Shown piece by piece: positions 14,888 through 22,256 of a DNA stretch of 64,000 bases. Within the stretch, counting starts at the first letter, position 1. Every line of letters starts with the position of its first letter. The notes under the pieces are model-generated. The model saw only the letters and a list, made by a program, of their open reading frames with translations, was not told the origin of the DNA and made no database searches. The stretch comes from Candidatus Giovannonibacteria bacterium RIFOXYD1_FULL_48_21. Its GTDB lineage: Bacteria > Patescibacteriota > Minisyncoccia > JACPKW01 > UBA11713. The DNA lies in the NCBI GenBank assembly GCA_001778985.1, contig MFIU01000001.1:50111-114110 (forward strand), given 5' to 3'. Position numbers and translations under genes: made by a program.

Positions 14888-15655
14888 TCAAGTTCTTATT
14901 TTATATCCCTTTTTGAATAAATTCCAGACCCAAAAGCCCAAAACTAAAATCAGCGTGGAAATCAAAAACGCCCCGACAAAGCGGTTTGATTCTGAAACTC
15001 CAATCATAGAATAGCGCAACCCGTCCACGAAATAGAAAAATGGGTTTAAACGCACGAAAAACTGGAATTTCTCCGGCAACATATGAATAGAATTGAAAAG
15101 CCCGCCCAGAAAAGTAAGCGGCATTATTATGTAGGTCGCGGGCAGGGCGAGTTTTTCAAAGTCGTCTGCCCAAATCCCAATCAAAAGCCCCGCGAGCGAG
15201 AAAACGGTCGAAACCGAGATGACATAGAAAATAAAAAGCCCCAGATGAGAAACAGTGGCCACGGTGAAAAGAAGCGCCAAAACGTAAACTCCGGCTCCCA
15301 CTATCACGCCGCGCAAAATTCCGGCCGCGAGATGCCCGATTATCATCTCCAGGTAAGAGAGGGGCGCGGTTAGAATTTCTTCAATGTGCCGCGCGAAGCG
15401 CTTGAAATAAAGCGAGGAGGAAGTCTGTCCGAAAGAGGATTGCATCACGTTCATCATCAAAAGCCCGGGAATCACGAAATCAATGTAAGAAACTCCGTCA
15501 ATATTCCCGATTCTCCGGCCCACGATTTCTCCAAAAATGAAAATATACAAAAGCGCCGTAACCCACGGCGTAAAAAGCGTCTGCTGTCCCACCCGCAAAA
15601 ACCTCTGTATCTCCTGCCGAATGAAAGTATAAAGTCCGATGGGATTAAACTTCAT
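14888..15655 (-). CDS. ABC-2 family transporter permease
   Basis: 255 aa with six predicted TM helices. Start overlaps the stop of the adjacent ATPase gene. Confidence 0.8.
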   Translation of the reverse strand: MKFNPIGLYTFIRQEIQRFLRVGQQTLFTPWVTALLYIFIFGEIVGRRIGNIDGVSYIDFVIPGLLMMNVMQSSFGQTSSSLYFKRFARHIEEILTAPLSYLEMIIGHLAAGILRGVIVGAGVYVLALLFTVATVSHLGLFIFYVISVSTVFSLAGLLIGIWADDFEKLALPATYIIMPLTFLGGLFNSIHMLPEKFQFFVRLNPFFYFVDGLRYSMIGVSESNRFVGAFLISTLILVLGFWVWNLFKKGYKIRT

Positions 15656-16395
15656 ACGTTTGCTCCGTTTCTTTCAAGTTCGGCGTAATGCAGATAATGG
15701 TCCTCGATGCGCTTGCCGTCTTTAATCAATTCCTCTTTGGACTCCAGCGCCACGATTTTGCCGTTGAAAATTATGCCGATGCGGCCGCACAATTTTTCAG
15801 CTTCCTCCAAATAGTGCGTGGTCAAGAAAATTGTTTTTCCTTGTTTATTCAATTCGTCCAAAATCAGCCACAAATCGCGCCGAAGCTCCACATCCGCGCC
15901 GGCCGTGGGCTCGTCCAGAATCAAAATTTCCGGGTCGTGCATCATGGCCCGCGCCAGCATCAATCTGCGCTTAAACCCTCCGGAAAGCGCGCGAAACTGC
16001 TTGTCGGCGTACGGGGCGAGGCCCAGCTTTTCAAATAGATACTCCATCCGCTCTTTACGCTCCGCTTTTCTCATGCCAAAGTAGCCGCCGTAAAAATCCA
16101 GAACGTTTCTGACCGTCCCGAAAAAATCCACGTTGAATTCTTGCGGCGAGAGTCCGATTTTCCTTCTGGCTTCACGATAATCTTTTACCACATCCAGACC
16201 AAAAACCTTAATCTCGCCGGAATCAAACTTTCCGATGCCGGTTATGGAATTTATGGTTGTGGTCTTCCCGGCGCCGTTCGGACCCAAAAACCCGAAAAAT
16301 TCGCCTTTTTTGACTTGAAGGGAAACTCCGTTGACCGCCATTTTTTCTCCGTACCTCTTGGTGAGATTTTTTATTTCAATTGCCGGGATATCCAT
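15652..16395 (-). CDS. ABC transporter ATP-binding protein
   Basis: Walker A GPNGAGKTT, signature LSGGFKRRL, Walker B ILILDEPT. Confidence 0.9.
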   Translation of the reverse strand: MDIPAIEIKNLTKRYGEKMAVNGVSLQVKKGEFFGFLGPNGAGKTTTINSITGIGKFDSGEIKVFGLDVVKDYREARRKIGLSPQEFNVDFFGTVRNVLDFYGGYFGMRKAERKERMEYLFEKLGLAPYADKQFRALSGGFKRRLMLARAMMHDPEILILDEPTAGADVELRRDLWLILDELNKQGKTIFLTTHYLEEAEKLCGRIGIIFNGKIVALESKEELIKDGKRIEDHYLHYAELERNGANV

Positions 16396-16419
16396 GTTTT
16401 AGCTTATTTTATCGAATTG

Positions 16420-16490
16420 TCGGAGCGCCGAGATTCGAACTCGGGCTGCATGCTCCCAAAGCATGCGTGCTACCACTACACCACGCTCCG
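16420..16490 (-). tRNA. tRNA-Pro (anticodon TGG)
   Basis: Manual fold: acceptor cggagcg/cgctccg; anticodon stem gcatg/catgc with loop tttggga (T33, G37); T-arm with ttcgaat; no encoded CCA. Confidence 0.8.
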
Positions 16491-16492
16491 TC

Positions 16493-16861
16493 CTACTCTA
16501 AAATTATATTCTTAGTCCAACGTATTTTAGCCTTTTTTGCCTCTAAATCAAGGAAAACCGCCATCATATCTATCTGCCATTCAGCTTCTTCATATTCAGG
16601 GTGTTCCAAAAGCCAGGTCTGGATAGCCCTCCAAAGCCGTCTTTGTTTCCAGCTGTGGATATTGTCTTCTGGATGAACTCTTAAATCAGACGCGCCCTTT
16701 ACTTCAATAAAATGCAAAATATTGCTATTTTTCGCGACAATGTCAAGTTCGCCCCATTTTTTCCGATAATTTCTATCTATAATATCGAAATTTCTACTTG
16801 TCAAGTGCTTTGCCGCTATTTTCTCGCATATATCACCAAATTTTCGCTTTTCTGAAGGCAT
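16493..16861 (-). CDS. yraN: YraN/UPF0102 family endonuclease-like protein
   Basis: 122 aa with UPF0102-like core (GELDIVAKNSNILHFIEVKG). Confidence 0.75.
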   Translation of the reverse strand: MPSEKRKFGDICEKIAAKHLTSRNFDIIDRNYRKKWGELDIVAKNSNILHFIEVKGASDLRVHPEDNIHSWKQRRLWRAIQTWLLEHPEYEEAEWQIDMMAVFLDLEAKKAKIRWTKNIILE

Positions 16862-16863
16862 AT

Positions 16864-16983
16864 ATGTTTCACGTGAAACATCACAATATGTTTCACAGAT
16901 GTTTCACAAGATATTTTTGTAAAAAATGAATAGATAAATGTTTCACAATGTTTCACAAAATTATCAATATGTTTCGCGTGAAA
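16864..16983. promoter_or_regulatory. Array of repeated (A)TGTTTCAC half-sites: six direct copies and two inverted arms, including the perfect 18-bp palindrome ATGTTTCACGTGAAACAT. It lies immediately upstream of the yraN start.
   Basis: Direct copies at 16864, 16888, 16899, 16938, 16948 and 16968 (the last is ATGTTTCGC). Inverted arms at 16873-16881 and 16977-16983. Spacings of 10, 11, 20, 24 and 39 bp. The region is AT-rich. Confidence 0.6.
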
Positions 16984-17515
16984 CTTTTTTATATATTTCA
17001 TAACACGCCATAGCATCTGCCAAGGCCGTATGGTGGTTTTCGAGCTTTATGCCTAATTTCTGACAGATTGCGCTAAGACCAGAATCATTCCAGTCATATC
17101 CCATTTTAGCTACAACATAGGAATGAACGTCCAAAGTCCGCCTGTGGAAATCCAGTGGAATACCTGTCTTTGTTACTGCCGCATCCAAAAAGGAGTAATC
17201 GGCAAATGGCACAAAACCAGCTAAAATTGTGCCCTTAGACTTTTCAGATAGAAGTTCCATCGCTTGCTTCAGACTAATTGCGCCCCCCCATGTTTCTTGT
17301 TTATAACCGCTTATTTTAAGGGATTCTGGGTCAGCTGTTTCGAGATGTTCTGGTATTATCTTGGCCTCCCATGTTTCTATTATTTCAAGCTCGGGCTGGG
17401 AAGCCTTAATCAGCCCAATCTCGATTATTTCGTGCTTGGCTGACTCAAGTCCGGTCATTTCCAAATCAATAAAGGAGATTGGGGCGTTTTTGGTATCAAA
17501 TTCTTTGCCTTTCAT
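16964..17515 (-). CDS. DEDD-family 3'-5' exonuclease (DnaQ/epsilon-like)
   Basis: Exo I motif FIDLEMTGL and a C-terminal HTALADAMACYEIY motif. Confidence 0.8.
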   Translation of the reverse strand: MKGKEFDTKNAPISFIDLEMTGLESAKHEIIEIGLIKASQPELEIIETWEAKIIPEHLETADPESLKISGYKQETWGGAISLKQAMELLSEKSKGTILAGFVPFADYSFLDAAVTKTGIPLDFHRRTLDVHSYVVAKMGYDWNDSGLSAICQKLGIKLENHHTALADAMACYEIYKKVSRETY

Positions 17516-17551
17516 AACCCCTCATTGTGCCATGAAAAGGAAGACATAAGC

Positions 17552-17590
17552 AAAATAAATGCGCCCCTGGACGAAAACCGCCCAGGGGCA
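17552..17590 (-). terminator. Rho-independent terminator candidate downstream of yfiH on the minus strand
   Basis: Stem gcccctgg/ccaggggc (17563-17570 / 17582-17589) with a U-rich tract on the minus-strand 3' side (atttattttg). Confidence 0.5.
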
Positions 17591-17608
17591 AAAGCGAAAT
17601 TTGGGGAA

Positions 17609-18316
17609 TCAACTCTCCTTGAAACCCGCCACCGCAAGGTTTCGAAAAGAATTGTTATGCTTGCGGAAAGAAAAATATCCTTTAGGTGAGCAATGAGTGC
17701 ACTCTTTGCAATCTAAAACATTGTGGATTCCAGCGCGATGAAGCTGTTCCGTGATGATTCCGGCCAAGTCCACGAAGTATCGCCTGTTCCTGACCGCGAT
17801 GAAAGAGGGCCAATGAACAAAATTACGGAGCCCGTTTTCATCGTTTCTTACCTCAAAACAGCACCCGCGTATTCCGGGTCCCACGAGCGCGTTGATTTGG
17901 TCGCGCTTCACGACGTATCTCCAGCTAAAAAAATCTACCGCTTTAGGACCAACATTCTTCAGCGTACCGCGCCAGCCGGAATGAATAAGCGAGACCGCCC
18001 ACTCGGAAGAATGTGCCCAGAGAAAAATCATTGGGCAGTCTGCCGCAGCCGCAACTAAAGGTTGGCCTACGCTGTTTGTAATAACGGCGTCCGCTTCTAT
18101 AATTTTTTCTGGATCGCTCACAAAAGCGACTTCATCGCCATGGACAAGTTTAGCCTGGCAAATTCTCCCGGCATCAAACCCAAGACTGGAAACGAATCCA
18201 TCGCGGTTCGCTAACTTTTTAGGACTAGTACCATTTGCCTTAGGCATAGGACCGTGTTCAATGCCAGAGAAAGCCAAAACCAATCCAGGAAAACCCGGAA
18301 TATCTTTTTCTATCAT
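17609..18316 (-). CDS. pgeF: YfiH/PgeF (DUF152) laccase-domain protein. This is the purine nucleoside phosphorylase / peptidoglycan editing factor family.
   Basis: Conserved Cys/His residues (AADCPMIF, HSGWRG, GCCFEV, CTHC). Confidence 0.85.
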   Translation of the reverse strand: MIEKDIPGFPGLVLAFSGIEHGPMPKANGTSPKKLANRDGFVSSLGFDAGRICQAKLVHGDEVAFVSDPEKIIEADAVITNSVGQPLVAAAADCPMIFLWAHSSEWAVSLIHSGWRGTLKNVGPKAVDFFSWRYVVKRDQINALVGPGIRGCCFEVRNDENGLRNFVHWPSFIAVRNRRYFVDLAGIITEQLHRAGIHNVLDCKECTHCSPKGYFSFRKHNNSFRNLAVAGFKES

Positions 18317-18512
18317 CTTTCCATCCCTCCTTGTTATGTTGTTTTTATTTCAGAACCACTTTCGTCTTGATTTAAGCAGAAATAGAAAAATTCCGCAAGA
18401 GGATTGAAATGTATAAAACCATCTTAGCAAGGTGAGAAGCCCTTACTAAAGAGGGGGAATCTGGTATTATTGATATATGCATGATGCCGTCAAAAACCTA
18501 GGTTTGCGGAAC

Positions 18513-18527
18513 GAGAGAGAGAGAGAG
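18513..18527 (+). repeat. (GA)7 dinucleotide microsatellite in the 5' region of the large surface-protein gene
   Basis: gagagagagagagag read directly. It lies between the upstream ATGs (18477/18481/18484) and the main ORF. Confidence 0.9.
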
Positions 18528-18583
18528 TAAAAGCCGCCCGCCTGTCGGCGAGGCAGGCCGCGCTGATATTCTGCGCCGGGGTT

Positions 18584-21500
18584 TTGCTTTTAGGATTGGC
18601 AGCAAAAGCTCAAGCCGCTACTTATTATGTAGATAACACTATCACCGATACGAATGTCGGAAGCGCCACTCCCGATTGCACAAATTACAATACAACCACC
18701 TATACTTGTAGCGGCGGCTCATTAAGCGCATACGCCACCATCGCTGACATCAATGCCTTCTCTACGCTTGCGGCAGGCGATTCAGTCCTTTTCCGCAAAG
18801 GCCAGACTTGGAGGGAACAACTAACTGTTCCGGCTTCTGGCACAAGTGGAAATGTGATTACTTTTGGAGCGTATGGGACGAGTGATATACCTATCATCAG
18901 CGGCGCTGACGTGCTGAGCAGTATGGTAACTTCTTCCGCCTACATTGGCGGATACGTTACGCTGGATGGTACCACGGCGAAATATCTCTCAACCCCGGCA
19001 ACGGCAGGGAATGTGCTCTCAGGTACAAGCTTCCGACTGGAGGTGGATGCAGCCCTTGACGACTACACCACGAGTAGCGAGCAGGATTTAATTTCGAAAG
19101 ATGTATGCTGTACTGACACGAACCGGCACTTCGATTTTATCCTTATCAGTAACAACTTTATAGTGTGGCTGTTTGACGGTGCAGGCGGCGCATGGATGTA
19201 TGCATCGGCTGACATCAGTTCTCTACTAACCGACGGCACCCGTTACAAACTTCGGGCGGATATCGTGCCCGACGACAGTTCCGGAGGCTCGTCGGTCACT
19301 TTCTACTATTCGACGGACGGAATCACATATACACAAATTGGTAGTCCGGCGACAGGAACGAACCATGCACTCAATGCCAACAACACAGACATAGTTACTG
19401 TTGGCCGCCGGGGGGATGCAGCAGGGGCGGCGGCGGGGAAGTTTTATCGGGCACGAGCTTGGAGCGATATTACAGGTACGATCCTTGTGTTGGACATGAA
19501 CGTGGATGATGACACGGCCGCGGCGACCTCTTGGACGTCTTCCACCACCGGAGAAACATGGACGGTATCAGGCAGTGCGGCAATAACTGGGCCAACCAAC
19601 ACGACACTTTACTACCAAGCCAAACCAACGCAACCCAATCAGGTCTTCCGTGATGGCGCAAGGATTACGCAAATCGGAGTTCAGGACCAACTGTCTACGG
19701 GATATTGGTGGTGGAATTCGGGCAACAGCCAAGTGTGGATCTACGACAATCCCAGCGAACACATCGTTGAGGCAAGCCAGCGCGACAATGCCATATATGG
19801 TTTCACCAAGTCATATGTGACCGTCCAGAATTTGCAGACAGAAAAGGCCAACAGCCACGGCGTATACTTCCATAACGGCGGTGTGGAGATGGTGATTGCA
19901 GATGTGACCACGGCATATAACTACCATTCGGGAGTACGCTTCAACGGCACTGCCTCTTCCAACCATACCATTTCAAATAGCAACGCCATCTACAACGGAT
20001 ATTCCGGCCTTGACGCTTACGCCACGGGTGGGTGGATGGTTGACAACAATACCGTCCACGACAACTGTCAATCGACAGTATTCAATTACTGTGCGGGAAT
20101 AAAAGTCGAACCTGGAACAGATACCGCCAATTGCACGGTCACCAATAACCTTGTCTACTCTAATGGCATTGGGAATACGGATTGGCGCGGCGCAGGAATC
20201 TGGCTCGATACGGCGGGAACGGGCTGCGTCATCAAGTACAATAAGGTCTATTCCAATAATCTCATGGGCATCTACCTAGATGCCAGCAATGGAGACGTTG
20301 TTGCGTACAATGTCATTTATAGCAACGGACAGACAGGGGCGATTGACGGAGGAGGGATAGCGGTCTACGGGGACTCGCGACCTACTGCCGACAACTTGGT
20401 TTACGGAAACACGGTCCGTGGCAATCGCGGGCACGGAATCATCGTACAAGGGTCAAACCTTCAAGATGGGTGCACCAGCAATATCGTTAAGAACAATATC
20501 TCAGTTGGCGTGGTTTCGGGCACCAACTTCACCGCTAGCGGCGGATGTGAGAATCCTGGCATCAATGGCTCGGGCAATATCTACACATATAACAACTTCG
20601 GCTCCGAGGTGGCCAACTTTATCGAGTGGGGAAGCGGAGTTTACAAATCCACCTACGCCGACTTTGATACCGCTTACGGGTCAGCAACTCATTCCATAAC
20701 AGGAGACCCCATATTTACTAACGCCGCGGGAAACGACTTCACCCTCCAATCCACCTCTCCCGCCATTAATGCCGGAACGAATCTTGGTTCGGATTATGAC
20801 GACGGGCTTTCTCCCGCGTCAACTTGGCCCTCTTCAGTCACAACCATAGACCAAGACCTTCGCGGTTCTGGCTGGGAAATCGGAGCGTATGTTTATCCGG
20901 TTCCCCAAGTCCCCACCATCGGCACTCCTCAAACTTTGTCCGCTTCATCAATCAGATGGAATTTCACCGACAATGCAGGTGATGAAACGGGATTTAGGTT
21001 ATATGGTGGCAGCGACATTTTATCAGCCACCCGCGATCTGTCTTATCTTGATGAAACATCTTTATCATGCAACACCAGCTATTCGGGCCGCTATGTGGAA
21101 GCCTACAACTCCTACGGCTACAGCACGGCTTCTGGCGTAGCTTCTTCCGTGTCCACTCTTTCCTGCCCCGGCGGCGGTGGGATAATGACTGGTCCGGGCG
21201 GGCTCAAAGCTCCGGAGATTCCCGTTCAAACAGCGCTTTCGGCTCCGACGCCCGCCGAAGGCGGGGTCGGAGTCCCGACACCGAAGGTCGTCGGGACCCC
21301 TTTCGTATTTACTTCCAACCTCAAACTCGGCATGAAAGGAAACGATGTCAAACAGCTCCAGATATTCCTGAATCAGCGCCTTGACGTCCCGCTTGCTAAA
21401 TCAGGAGCCGGCTCGCCGGGAAATGAAACGGACTTTTTCGGGCCTTTGACCAAAGCCGCGGTGATTAGATACCAAGAGCAACACGCCCAAGACATCTTGG

Positions 21501-21586
21501 CTCCTTGGAATTTAACCAAAGGAACGGGCTTTGTTGGAAGAACCACCAGAGCGAAGATTAACGAGATGATGGTGAACAAAAGATGA
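18584..21586 (+). CDS. Large secreted multidomain surface protein (1000 aa). It has a parallel beta-helix repeat region, a lectin/LamG-like region, an FN3-like segment and a C-terminal PG-binding-like domain.
   Basis: Beta-helix repeats (NNTVHDN..., TVTNNLVYSNG, VIKYNKVYSNN, VAYNVIYSNG, LVYGNTVRGN). C-terminal GMKGNDVKQLQIFLNQ...FFGPLTKAAVIRYQEQH. The annotated TTG start falls inside the hydrophobic stretch of a putative signal peptide, so the true start is probably upstream. Confidence 0.75.
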   Translation: MLLGLAAKAQAATYYVDNTITDTNVGSATPDCTNYNTTTYTCSGGSLSAYATIADINAFSTLAAGDSVLFRKGQTWREQLTVPASGTSGNVITFGAYGTSDIPIISGADVLSSMVTSSAYIGGYVTLDGTTAKYLSTPATAGNVLSGTSFRLEVDAALDDYTTSSEQDLISKDVCCTDTNRHFDFILISNNFIVWLFDGAGGAWMYASADISSLLTDGTRYKLRADIVPDDSSGGSSVTFYYSTDGITYTQIGSPATGTNHALNANNTDIVTVGRRGDAAGAAAGKFYRARAWSDITGTILVLDMNVDDDTAAATSWTSSTTGETWTVSGSAAITGPTNTTLYYQAKPTQPNQVFRDGARITQIGVQDQLSTGYWWWNSGNSQVWIYDNPSEHIVEASQRDNAIYGFTKSYVTVQNLQTEKANSHGVYFHNGGVEMVIADVTTAYNYHSGVRFNGTASSNHTISNSNAIYNGYSGLDAYATGGWMVDNNTVHDNCQSTVFNYCAGIKVEPGTDTANCTVTNNLVYSNGIGNTDWRGAGIWLDTAGTGCVIKYNKVYSNNLMGIYLDASNGDVVAYNVIYSNGQTGAIDGGGIAVYGDSRPTADNLVYGNTVRGNRGHGIIVQGSNLQDGCTSNIVKNNISVGVVSGTNFTASGGCENPGINGSGNIYTYNNFGSEVANFIEWGSGVYKSTYADFDTAYGSATHSITGDPIFTNAAGNDFTLQSTSPAINAGTNLGSDYDDGLSPASTWPSSVTTIDQDLRGSGWEIGAYVYPVPQVPTIGTPQTLSASSIRWNFTDNAGDETGFRLYGGSDILSATRDLSYLDETSLSCNTSYSGRYVEAYNSYGYSTASGVASSVSTLSCPGGGGIMTGPGGLKAPEIPVQTALSAPTPAEGGVGVPTPKVVGTPFVFTSNLKLGMKGNDVKQLQIFLNQRLDVPLAKSGAGSPGNETDFFGPLTKAAVIRYQEQHAQDILAPWNLTKGTGFVGRTTRAKINEMMVNKR

Positions 21587-21634
21587 ATTTGAGTTCTTGC
21601 CGCATTGGACAATTTCTCCAGTCTTGACACGAGG

Positions 21635-21705
21635 TGGACCTAGGCAGAATTGAACTGCCGTCTCCGCAATGCGAATGCGGCGTATTGCCACTATACTATA
21701 GGCCC
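21635..21705 (-). tRNA. tRNA-Ala (anticodon CGC)
   Basis: Manual fold: acceptor gggccta/taggtcc with the G3:U70 wobble; anticodon stem ccgca/tgcgg with loop ttcgcat; T-arm ggcag-ttcaatt-ctgcc; discriminator A followed by CC. Confidence 0.8.
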
Positions 21706-21980
21706 ATTGGCTTACCAAATTTTATCAGATTTTCCTTCTTTTCGCGGCGCCATCCTTTAATCTGTGTTTCGCGGCGCCTGGCTTCCAATAAAGCCTCAAA
21801 TCTCTCTACATAAACCAATTCTTCAGTTTTATTTCTTCTCGTAAACTCCGCGCCGTCGCCACTTTTATGTCTCTCTGTCCGCCTTTCAATATCGCCAGTA
21901 TATCCTACATAGAGATGGCCCTTTGCGCCGCGAAGTATATAAACAAAATACATAATGGACCGGAGAAAGGTCAAAGACAT
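21696..21980 (-). CDS. GIY-YIG nuclease domain protein
   Basis: FVYILRGAKGHLYVGYTGDIERRTERH: GIY...YIG with a catalytic Arg. Its last 10 nt overlap the 5' end of tRNA-Ala. Confidence 0.75.
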   Translation of the reverse strand: MSLTFLRSIMYFVYILRGAKGHLYVGYTGDIERRTERHKSGDGAEFTRRNKTEELVYVERFEALLEARRRETQIKGWRREKKENLIKFGKPMGL

Positions 21981-22040
21981 TGAGCGAGCGGAGCTTCGAC
22001 AAGCTCAGCTCATTTCTCCTCGCTCCGCGAGTCGAAATGT

Positions 22041-22085
22041 CGGGGTGCGGAGAATTGAACTCCGTCTTCGCGCACCTTCACCCCG
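22041..22085 (-). other. Degenerate tRNA-like minihelix (pseudo-tRNA fragment). It has an acceptor stem plus a T-arm, and lacks D and anticodon arms.
   Basis: Minus-sense reading: cggggtg + aaggtgcgcgaaga + cggag-ttcaatt-ctccg + caccccg + A. The T-loop is identical to that of tRNA-Ala. Confidence 0.35.
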
Positions 22086-22099
22086 TTAGATATTTCAGG

Positions 22100-22171
22100 T
22101 CGGGCCGGAGGGAGTCGAACCCTCTATCTCACGGACCCGAACCGTGCATGTTGCCGATACACTACGGCCCG
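22100..22171 (-). tRNA. tRNA-Pro (anticodon CGG)
   Basis: Manual fold: acceptor cgggccg/cggcccg; D-arm gtgt...acat; anticodon stem cacgg/ccgtg with loop ttcgggt; T-arm gaggg-ttcgact-ccctc; discriminator A. Confidence 0.8.
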
Positions 22172-22181
22172 ATATATCTAA

Positions 22182-22220
22182 CGGGGCGCGGCGCGCGTAC
22201 TGCCGGTATACTACACCCCG
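22182..22220 (-). other. Degenerate tRNA-like fragment: an acceptor 5' strand and a D-arm-like hairpin joined directly to an acceptor 3' strand
   Basis: Minus-sense reading: cggggtg-ta-gtataccggcagtac-gcgcgccg-cgccccg. Resembles the 5' part of the neighbouring tRNA-Pro. Confidence 0.3.
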
Positions 22221-22256
22221 CCTTCGCCAAGGCTTCGGCGGGCAAGCCCGCTAAAC

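Noticed and set aside
16864-16983. The TGTTTCAC array as a CRISPR array or DnaA-box cluster (oriC)
   Set aside because: The units are 9 bp with variable 10-39 bp spacing and no spacer-repeat regularity. No cas genes are nearby. The motif differs from TTATCCACA, and dnaA-dnaN lie 36 kb away in the canonical origin context.
22080-22100. Another copy of the CCCCGTTAGAAA clamp at ctcgttagagaaaag (7350-7366)
   Set aside because: Only a 7-nt partial match (CGTTAGA), with no complementary arm nearby. It is part of the hup terminator flank.
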